This document shows positions 55,006-64,000 of a stretch of 64,000 nt of DNA, one piece after another (positions within the stretch are counted from its first letter, which is position 1; every line of letters begins with the position of its first letter). Under the pieces are notes generated by a model. That model did no database searches. It was not told the DNA's origin and worked only from the letters and a program-made list of their open reading frames with translations. The stretch covers positions 30,318,001 to 30,382,000 of the forward strand of contig OZ260663.1 in NCBI GenBank assembly GCA_965285935.1, read 5' to 3'. The translations under genes and the position numbers were made by a program. This stretch comes from Ophelia neglecta (Eukaryota).

Positions 55006-55271
55006 ATGTTTTTAATGTTTAACCTATTTTTACGCAATGCATATCGACAACTGGATATTGCTGATAACGCAATGAGACAAAGAACAACAGTAACAAGAAG
55101 TGACGACCGCCATGGTCCCAGGACAACGTCCTTGCTGGACAGACTTTTACAGCCATCTTTAACGAGCAGGTCGAGCTTCAGAAAATTCCGGAGTAAGGAG
55201 GGAATACACCAAGAGTGTATCAGACAGAGGACCATCAATCGATATATCATACACCCTAACAGCACCTTCAG
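55006..55271 (+). CDS. HCN: HCN-like channel exon 1 (HCN domain); start could be ATG 55006, ATG 55072 or further upstream
   Basis: LLQPS...KFRSKEGIHQECIRQ...YIIHPNSTFR matches the HCN-domain / IIHPxSxFR signature; donor AG|GTGAGA, phase 2. Confidence 0.75.
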
Positions 55272-55533
55272 GTGAGACCCATCAAATAGAAGGTATATAT
55301 ACCAAAACGAATAAGTAACGGGTGTATCGATATTTACAATTGGAGACGCAAGTCCGACTTCTAGAATATATAGTTCCGGTGTCATATCATATGTATGTAG
55401 ACGACAATTTTGAGAAAATCGTAATTGTAAAAAGGAATAGTTTTCGTCACACCAATTTCTGGTAAACGTCAATATCTTTTGAAGCCATTATAAAACTTAT
55501 GGGTTTAAACACTAACATTTTTTTTCACTGCAG

Positions 55534-55741
55534 GTGGTGTTGGGATTTGGTTTTACTGGTCAGCTTTGTGGTGACTTTTCTCACCAGTCCCGTAGAGATA
55601 GCTTTCTACTCGATTGACAAAAGCGGAGTAGCCGTTCGAGAACTTTACTGGATGATAGTTCATATCGCCGGAGATGTCATCTTTCTCGTTGATGTTTTTT
55701 TCAGTGCCCGTTCAGCGTTTGTTGGTAGAACAACAGGAGAG
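55534..55741 (+). CDS. HCN: HCN-like exon 2 (S1-S2)
   Basis: cAG|G WCWDLVLL...PVEIAF...GDVIFLVDVFF...TTGE; weak donor GTCCGA, phase 0. Confidence 0.8.
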
Positions 55742-56420
55742 GTCCGAAACCCAAGCAACATCTTATTTTAAAATTTGATAAGTGTTCATTGTTTTGAAGC
55801 AATAATATCATATCATCAATTTGATCATTTCAAATTGACCTCGGCGGGAAAATGTTAAGTAATGAATATGTGAATGACCGTAATTGTTTTTAATATTTTC
55901 CCGGTTATTGGAAGAAAATTTAAATAATATCTTATACTGAAATTATACCCTACAGAGGAGTCTTTCCAGTTTAGTGTGATATTGACCAGCCTCCATATAT
56001 TTCAACACGGGGGTTTTATTCATTATTACAGACTTCACCCAAAATATATCCTTGGAAGTTTGTCTTTGATATGTAACTTTAAAGGCAGTGGTTATTGATT
56101 CTAATGGGTAACTCATTATTTAAGTAACCATGTGACGGTGAACGGTTCGTTCATTTTTTCTCTCGGGCCTTTTTCATTAGTGTGGTTGGCAGTATTATGT
56201 GGATCATAAACATATCAAATTTGCAAGGGGCAATTCATATGAAATGCTCCATTTTGCTAATAAATAAAAGGGGGACGACAAGTTTCCTTTTCTTGTTCAT
56301 CTGAGGGCAACTTATCACACGTTCACAAACTAAAAAAAGGCTGGTTATTTTTTATTATATTACAATGCAATATATTTGCCACACTCAAGGAGACTTTTTT
56401 TCATTGATATTTAATTATAG

Positions 56421-56575
56421 GTTGTTTTAGAAAATCGTGCCATAATACCACGTTATTTTCGTACCTGGTTGGTATTCGATTTGGCAGCCAATATCCCCTT
56501 CGAGTATGTTTACGAGAGATTTGTTCCAAAAGGACCACAATCCAGGACAGTGTTTATCACCACCGTTTCTCTCAA
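56421..56575 (+). CDS. HCN: HCN-like exon 3 (S3 and N-terminal half of S4)
   Basis: tAG|VVLENRAIIPRYFRTWLVFDLAANIPFEYV...QSRTVFITTVSL(K)|GTAAAT, phase 2; not in the ORF track. Confidence 0.8.
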
Positions 56576-56687
56576 GTAAATCGGTAGTTTCCACTATTAG
56601 GATATTGACCTTAATTTGAATTCTGTCGAATAAAGAGAATGCTAATTTACAATGTATTTTTCATTACACAATTCTTCTTGCTTGTAG

Positions 56688-56754
56688 ATTGATGGTTCTC
56701 CTCCGCGTTCTGCTGCTACCCAGACTAATGCCAAGTTTTAACAGACTAACAGAT
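56688..56754 (+). CDS. HCN: HCN-like exon 4 (C-terminal half of S4)
   Basis: cttgtAG|(K)LMVLLRVLLLPRLMPSFNRLTD|GTAATT; phases 2 and 0 fit both neighbours. Confidence 0.7.
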
Positions 56755-58515
56755 GTAATTATATATTTTTTTAAATTCAAATTTTTTTTTATTTTTTTTT
56801 CATCGCTTTAAACGAAAGAAAAATGTAAATCATTGACATTTTATTGAAATGGCTGGAAGTTTACCTAACCCAGCCGATATGCGTTAGACTTCGATATAAG
56901 TGAAAATGAGGATACTTGATGAATTAGTACATAGTAGTTGTTTATGTGTAAGCGACAAGAAGACACCAGTAATATGCTTATTTTCTAGGATACGTTTATA
57001 TCAATATAGTACTGTAGTTGAATAGCTGTGAAAATGACCATTTTATCATTCGTACAAATTTTAATTGTTATGCCAAGCCCCCTGATCCCAATGAAATGAT
57101 TTCAATAGGGAAACAATTGGTGACTTGTGGCATTTTGAAATAAAATTAGGGTAATAGGTTGCAAATAATATGATTCCATCCGAGCGTATAATCTAAAAAT
57201 TGTCTAACTTTCTAATTAGACCCATTCCAATGAAACAAGTTCGCGAAATCGCACAATACGCAATTTCAAAGCGCCTCTTACTCCTCAACTCTTAATTATA
57301 TTAATAATCACCTGTCCCTTGATTGATTAATTATGTGAAGCTAATTATGTCATTAAATGAATTAAACAAAGCAACGCATTGGTATCTAACAGTCGTGTTA
57401 ATATTGGTTTTTGATGTCATTTGCTGGACTGTAGCGCAAAGCTACTATGAACATTTCTTTATGGAACGGAAAAGGATTTAAATTAAGGCGGAAGTTTCCC
57501 ATGATGACATCTATAAATACACCTTACAGCTTAAAAGGCAAAATAGATCTTGTTAACAAGGATAATATTTAATTGGGCAAAAATAGCCTCACTATGAGAA
57601 TATCTTTTCACTCCACACACTAGACTCCCACGCTCATTTTTGAATAACTGAAATAGGTATCAAATGTTCTCCCCCAAACCTCAATACAATAAGTTGTTTA
57701 TGGAGGAACAAAAACATATACAGTCCCGCTTGCCGGAAACCGTGGTGATATCGGAACATTATCGCGAGAATGTCGCCTTGATCTTGCGATATTTGTGCGT
57801 TAAATTCACGACCTGTTTCCGATATTTGCCGGCAAAATCGCGACCCCCATCGCAACTTTATCGCGACATCCATCGCAACTTTATCGGGATTTTGCTTAGA
57901 TCGAGACGGGGGGAGAAGGCTGGTCACGGCATATGCCTATCCAAATTACTACGCTGCATTCAACATCTCTGTACTTCCAGGCAGTATGTACATGTATATT
58001 TCCATTAGGCTGAACTGATTTAAGAAAATGGATGTTGATTGCAGATCGGTCCTTATAAGTCTGTATAAATGTGACTGGCTGGACAGCACAACTGGGTTCC
58101 GATGCACAAAATGTTAAAATATATTTTATACTTTATTATGTTTTGTAACACGTTGGCTAGGAAATGTATTGAACCCAGCCCTGTTTGATGTCTTCTCGTG
58201 TTAATATCATGGGCCGATCTGAAACATTCCAATCAGCCTTGCTTGCGGAGGGCTAACACCACGCGCGATCGCCCTGAATGCCGCTAAATTACTAAAAGTT
58301 ATGTGTGCGTGTTACCAGGCACCTTATAGTTTGATTGTGGCCCAGAGACCTGGGTAAATACTGCCTAATTATGTCATTGCCTAATTAAATGCTTCTCACA
58401 GTTATCGAATACAATTGGTGGAAAAGAAAATGATGTTTTTTTACTGGCTGATCAGGAGGTGTACATCTCTAGACTGACTTGCTAGAAGGGACCGACTGGT
58501 TACATATAGTAGTGC

Positions 58516-58674
58516 GGCTTGTTTGATGTGTTAGTCTCCCTTGATTGGTTTAAGTTTAAGTACAAAAGCCAGCCGACACCTAACGAGCGGTATGTTTGTT
58601 GTGTTAATCTCAACTAGTCTCGACTCGACTACCTGTCTATTGTATCAAAGCCCTTGTGTATTGGCCAGTTCACC
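58516..58674 (+). repeat. 159-bp internal direct repeat, copy 1
   Basis: Six mismatches by eye against 59915-60073. Confidence 0.9.
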
Positions 58675-59040
58675 TACTGGCAATAATTGCCGCTAATTCT
58701 TTGATGAGAGTAGAATTTGAACATTATATGAGCACATCCACTATGCAACTGTTGTGTTGTTTGTTGCAAATCGGCTGACATCGGGTGATTTCCCAATTAG
58801 GCGCCTTTTGAGGGTGGCATTCGTGTGAAAACACAATATTGATGTGCTCCTGTGGCGTGTCACTTTGTTAAATTAATGCCTACAATACAGTTCTTGTGAC
58901 AAGCATGCCCACATCACTTCAATGTGGTAAATCCATAAAACCCCTGTTTATTTTTCTTTGACCCATCTGCCCATTGACTACACTTTTATTGAGAGGTATA
59001 TAACCTGAAAGTTACCTATTGGTGAACCAAAGAATTAAAG

Positions 59041-60207
59041 ATGCCACGCCATTCTATTCATACGCGCAAACATATTGTGACATAGAAAACGGCAGTTTGA
59101 TGGACACCCCTAGGAAAGACTGCTTCCGTAAAGCAACGCCAGAGGTTCTTAGGTTCATAGAATCTGAGTACGATAAACTCGAAAATCGACAGGTAAATAT
59201 ATCTTACACTAGATGTTCCATATTTGTATGTATAGGGTACTATACATTATAGAAGTTAAGCTAGACTGTGATATGTGTAGATGTAGCTATTTTTAAATTA
59301 GGATGTGCCAGTGAAGTAGAGTGTTTCCTAAGTTTATTTGTCAAAATGGAGTATTTAATATAATTTTTTTGTGTTTTTAAAGAGAAACCAGGCTTTATTG
59401 TTTTACAGCTTCGATAATTAAATACTTTATTTTAGGTCACATCTACTGCGATGTCCCATGCTATACGCGAGAGGTTTGGCATAGACATACCGGCAATCAG
59501 CATTCGCCGTATTAGACAAAAGATGAAATTCCATGCCTAGAAATCAGAGTTCTCCCTATGATCAAAGACGCTAACAAGCCGAAGAGGCTCGAATTTGCTT
59601 AGATGCTGATAGAGACTGGTGAAACATTCCATAATGTCGTCTTCACAGACGAATCCGCTTTCCAGAGCCACGCCAATTACCACAAATCACTTGTGAAGGT
59701 ATGTTTGTCACATTTATCTGCCTTCTCGCCATTACTAGATTGTGTATATCCGCTGGCCTAATGGTTATGGTCGATTGTAATAAATATATATTTTAAAATC
59801 ATGCTTTCCCTAAAGTAGTTGTTTTAAAATTGATAGATAATGACTATTGTTCATAATGATTATTATTCCCCCCTTTGGTTGCAAACACAATCGGTCACCT
59901 ACAAGCCTAGCGGTGGCTTGTTTGATGTGTTAGTCTACCTTGATTGGTTTAAGTTCAAGTACACAAGCCAGCCGACACCTAACGAGCGGTATGTTTGATG
60001 TGTTGATCTCAACTAGTCTCGACTCGACTACCTGTCTACTGTATCAAAGCCCTTGTGTATTGGCCAGTTCACCGGGCAATGGCTACGTTTTCTAAGTCAC
60101 ACAAGTTGGCGCCTACGGCGGTGAATCAAGCATCATATACAAGTACTTTTCTTTTCCAGGTACTACCCAAGGTCTGTGAGGCCAAAGTAGGTTACACGGG
60201 ATGCTGA
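59041..60207 (+). pseudogene. Intron-containing IS630-Tc1-mariner transposase pseudogene
   Basis: Exons 59041-59192 (MPRHSIHTRKHIVT / ENGSLMDTPRK...ENRQ), 59436-59698 (AIRERFGIDI...RRIRQKM / PMIKDANKPKRLEFA*...ETFHNVVFTDES) and 60160-60207 (VLPKVCEAKVGYTGC*), all with phase-0 GT-AG boundaries. Stops and frameshifts present; second D and E missing. Confidence 0.8.
59915..60073 (+). repeat. 159-bp internal direct repeat, copy 2
   Basis: About 96% identical to 58516-58674. Confidence 0.9.
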
Positions 60208-61078
60208 AAACCAGTTCATTGTACAAAGTCTTACAGAAAAATCTAGGCTTATAATAGCATTAGTATATTTACATAGCTTGTCATTACTTTCTATCAATTG
60301 TCATGCATCAGAAATATTTTACACACGTTCATGAAATTATAATCTTTTCTAATAAATATTGCTAGTGTATCAAATAGTTAAGCGAATTAGTTAATTTAGT
60401 AGAGCGTTGACATTTTGGAATGGTTATAGTTAAATGGCTTATAATGGTTATCTTCCATTCTTCACGTATTTAATTAGCCCAATAAAATGTCAGTAGCCCA
60501 ATATTATATGGTTTCGGTGAGTTGTTAGTAGTAATTGTCATAAAGAAAGAGGCCGTTTTTTGTGGAATGGCCTACTAGGATACACGGCGGCGGCGGCGGC
60601 GGAAAAGCATTTTCCTTTGTCACTACGTTAAAGCTCTTATACTAGAAATTAATGTTATTGAAAGGAACTATATTTTCTGTCGCGTTAATAAACACGGGTG
60701 TAAGTAGGTGAATAGGTATTGGCCTTGGGGCGATCTCGCGATAATGTTGCGACCTACGTCGAGGAAATATCGCAATAATGTCGCCAGGGATGCCGACATT
60801 ATCGGGATATTATTGCGGCATAACGGCGACAGTTTTCCGACCCAACATCGCGATATCACCACGGTTTCCGGCAAGCGGGACTGTAATATAGAGAAACTTT
60901 GATATGTATTTAATTAGAAGTCTGATTTAGTTTATTTAGTATTCAAAGTAAGACCAATTAACTCAAAATAATCAATTTTTCTGTCAATTTCAATATTCAT
61001 AATTTTAATCATATCGTCAGGAACTTTTTAACACAACACGATCATTGATTATATTTTTCAAGATTGTTTTCCTTGTAG

Positions 61079-61237
61079 ATGTTACAATTGGAGGGTTTTG
61101 TCGTTAGGATTTTTAACCTGGTCCTTGTCATTCTCTTGTTTTGTCATTGGAATGCCTGTTTGCAGTGGATCAGTGCCTACTTAGAACATTACCCAGACTT
61201 TCCCAGTACCAGCTGGGTGATCATCGACAATCTTCAG
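61079..61237 (+). CDS. HCN: HCN-like exon 5 (S5)
   Basis: ccttgtAG|MLQLEGFVVRIFNLVLVILLFCHWNACLQW...FPSTSWVIIDNLQ|GTAGGG (compare HCN VVRIFNL...CHWDGCLQF). Confidence 0.88.
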
Positions 61238-62228
61238 GTAGGGTTACCCATTTTCTCTAAGAACTCTTCACATAGCCATGATGTCTACGCCGACCCAGGA
61301 ATTGTGAGCACTGCTGCTTTAAACTTGCATTAAAAGAAGTAAAACAGGAGTAGACACCAGGCAGACAAAGTAAAATCATTATTCCAGAATATCCAGAACA
61401 AGAATATGGATTAATAATCCACGAATGCATCTATAACTTGTAAGATCCTTATGAAAATGCCCATAATATATGACGGAGCCATTACACTATTGATGAACAT
61501 CATTTGCAGAGATCAATGTTAGGTTTTAGCTGCCATTCGTTTATGTTCAAGTAATAGATTGCAATGACATGGCAAATTCCTCGTATTCTAGGGCCTGTGA
61601 CGATGTTCATCTGCGTCATACTGGTATCAAAACAACGACTCTAGGTGAAGTTGTTCAAAAACAACCAAGGCGTCAGTGGTTAAAAGTAGAGATTTCACAT
61701 GAATTTATTTAACTATTGAAGGAATATAAAACCAGTTGCCTTTCAGACTGCAGAGTATTTTCACCACCTTCCTTCTTAAGACATGTGCTTCTGTGTTGTA
61801 CCTCACTAACGAGATGGAGCCTATTGCACCCTAGAATTTCCCAGGGCATATTTTATCTTCTTCTTCCATTGACCACTTATTCATTTGCCTCTCGGTTAAA
61901 TGCACACCACCAACACAATTATAAAGGCTTTACGATTGATAACCACCGCAACCGCGAGACAGCGACTATCCGTGGCCAGACGTACCGAACAATGCTGAGG
62001 CCGGCACACATGTACGAACAACTGGGAGTGGATACCCGGTAGAAAAGCAAAATCATTAATTAAGAATATCCCACTTAAGCGGTCAGGGATCATCAGGAAC
62101 CATCCCTCACAGGCCCTAATACATTATCCCCGTTCAGGAACAGCATTTAAACATGTAATGTAAAGTTTACCCATGTGCTAAATGTATCTTAGCAGTAACA
62201 ATTTCAGTCAGAAGTACTTTGTTCGTAG

Positions 62229-62453
62229 GCTGACGATGTGACAGTATGGTCCAGATACTCCAGAGCCTTATTTAGAGCTTTATCTCATATGTTGTGTATT
62301 GGTTATGGGACCCTTCCCCCTGAGAGCTTGGGAGAAATTTGGATGGTATTGATCAGTCAAACTTTAGGAGCCACCTTCTACGCTCTTTTTATTGCCAGTT
62401 TGTCAGGTCTCGTTATGTCTCGTGATGTATCCGCCAGGAAGTACGGAGAAAGG
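62229..62453 (+). CDS. HCN: HCN-like exon 6 (pore helix, CIGYG filter, S6)
   Basis: YSRALFRALSHMLCIGYGTLPP...EIW...GATFYALFIA...SARKYGER|GTAAAA. Confidence 0.92.
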
Positions 62454-62592
62454 GTAAAATCTTTGAAACTTGGGTCTTGAATTTACGCGTTAAAGTCAAC
62501 TTTATTATTCATCATATATTAAAATGCGTGTTTATGAAAACCAAACTAGAGATGAATGCACGTCAATAATAAATAAGGTGTTTGTTTCAAAG

Positions 62593-62745
62593 CTCTCCGA
62601 GGTTAAACAGTACATGTTGTACAGACGAGTACCCAAAGACATTCAGAAGAAAGTGTTAGAATATTATGACCATAAATATCAAGGAAAATATTTCGACGAG
62701 TTTGCGATTCTCTTCGAACCAACGCTATCTAAGCCTATACAGCAG
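62593..62745 (+). CDS. HCN: HCN-like exon 7 (C-linker)
   Basis: LSEVKQYMLYRRVPKDIQKKVLEYYDHKYQGKYFDE..IL...LSKPIQQ|GTAATA. Confidence 0.9.
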
Positions 62746-63016
62746 GTAATACTTGTTCTCAACTGATATCAGTTATTTTTTTATAAAGTCCCACGACTCA
62801 TTAAATGCAAGTATATGCTTTGTCATATGCATACGCCCTTGGAGGAATGCAGGGAGGGCGATGGGCAAAAAGGGGGCGACGGGTGGGAAGAAATAATTCA
62901 GCAAGACAGTTCTTTTTCATTATTTCGACTTCACTAGCGCCTCCCTTATTAAATAAATCCCATATTGTACTTATTTTGAAATATCAAATGTTAAAACAAA
63001 TATTTCTTGTTAATAG

Positions 63017-63155
63017 GAAATACACATGCACATTTGTAAGAAGCTGGTGGAAACAGTTCCTATTTTCTCATCCGCGCCCCAGGACTTCCTTTACAATGTC
63101 ATGTGTAAACTTAACCATCTGGTGTTTCTTGCTGGGGACTACATTGTCCAGGAAG
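63017..63155 (+). CDS. HCN: HCN-like exon 8 (C-linker and start of CNBD)
   Basis: EIHMHICKKLVETVPIFSSAPQDFL...L...VFLAGDYIVQE G|GTATAT, phase 1. Confidence 0.88.
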
Positions 63156-63312
63156 GTATATTCTTTTCAGGATGTCGTTTACTGTATTGAATTAAGGGGT
63201 TAAGAAGCAAAAAGTAAAATATTTGATTGATATTGTTCCCCTTGATATTGGAAAACCTCACCTGGAAATATAATTAACAGCATAATTATTGTCCTGTCTC
63301 GGTTTGCACCAG

Positions 63313-63417
63313 GGAAAAGAGGGGACTGTATGTATTTTATCAAACACGGAAGTGTAGACGTTATTTTACCTAGTGGCGAAGTGGTAAATACTCTAGCCGA
63401 CGGAGGCTTCTTTGGAG
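63313..63417 (+). CDS. HCN: HCN-like exon 9 (CNBD beta-roll)
   Basis: (G)KRGDCMYFIKHGSVDVILPSGEVVNTLADGGFFG (E)|GTGAGC. Confidence 0.88.
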
Positions 63418-63668
63418 GTGAGCACTGGAATATAAGCATGTTTTAAGTGTATCAGTGGGGATTGAACGGGAGAGAGGGGCGCGGTACTTAGATGTGGATA
63501 GAAACTTCTCAATGTACAATTTTATTTAATATTTGCCCAAACGTTGTTTTCTAATTGTAACTGATATTCATGTCTTCATGTGTGGTTCTCTCCAACGATA
63601 TTGAGACGGTGGCAAGTTATAGAGTATTTTACATATTAGCCTTTTGACTACTTGTTATGTATTTTCAG

Positions 63669-63763
63669 AGATTTCATTATTATTTGCACAACGGAGAATG
63701 GCATCTGTGGTGGCAAGGGAAGCATGTGATGTCTATCAACTTACAAAGCAAGATTTTGATGAG
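63669..63763 (+). CDS. HCN: HCN-like exon 10 (phosphate-binding cassette)
   Basis: (E)ISLLFAQRRMASVVAREACDVYQLTKQDFDE|GT. Confidence 0.88.
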
Positions 63764-63913
63764 GTTATATTACACACTGTTTCGAATACTTCATACATTT
63801 TTTTGCTCATTTGCTAGCCCAATGTATTACAATTTTAAAATGAATAGATATATATGGTCAGTTTACTTAAAACAACCAGATATAAAATGACAGTTTTCCT
63901 TATATGAAAACAG

Positions 63914-64000
63914 GTACTGCAGGACAACCCTGATATGAAAGGGAGGCTTGAAATAATGGCTAAAGAAAGAATGTCCAGCAGTTTACAAACTTCGGCCGAG
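63914..64000 (+). CDS. HCN: HCN-like exon 11 (B/C helices), still open at the window end
   Basis: cAG|VLQDNPDMKGRLEIMAKERM... (compare HCN [20 protein letters not shown]). Confidence 0.85.

Larger units (their letters stand above)
57721..60883 (+). mobile_element. 3163-bp non-autonomous Tc1/mariner-type DNA transposon in the HCN intron
   Basis: 33/33-bp TIR CAGTCCCGCTTGCCGGAAACCGTGGTGATATCG (57721-53 and 60851-83), TA on both sides (57719-20, 60884-85), internal transposase pseudogene. Confidence 0.92.

Noticed and set aside
57634-58008. ORFs at the transposon ends (also 60668-60902)
   Set aside because: Open only because the GC/CpG-rich terminal repeats lack stop codons.
58516-60073. 159-bp direct repeats as LTRs of a TRIM
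   Set aside because: No TG...CA ends, target duplication, PBS or PPT; the interior is Tc1-like transposase continuing past copy 2.

Overview
AT-rich (roughly 35% GC by eye) eukaryotic genomic DNA, apparently from an invertebrate animal, with spliceosomal introns and one 198-N assembly gap. Four + strand protein genes are supported: (1) the last exon of an unidentified gene (303-497); (2) an IkB/Cactus-like six-ankyrin gene with a single coding exon (13908-15194), a TATA/Inr promoter carrying kB sites, a non-coding first exon and a non-canonical degron (DHGYFS); (3) a two-exon DUSP19-like dual-specificity phosphatase with an S/P/R-rich N-terminal extension (28357-29362); (4) an HCN-family channel with at least 11 exons (about 55006 to beyond 64000). 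The channel keeps the CIGYG pore and the cyclic-nucleotide-binding domain, but its S4 voltage sensor has lost most basic residues, the hinge serine and the QWE motif; this is the most striking observation. Its S4-S5 intron holds a 3163-bp Tc1/mariner-type element with perfect 33-bp TIRs, TA flanks and a decayed intron-containing transposase whose catalytic part is replaced by a 159-bp internal duplication. The rest is intergenic DNA with LINE, Tc1 and probable Gypsy relics, MITEs and degenerate satellites. All family assignments come from motif recognition by eye; no searches were run.
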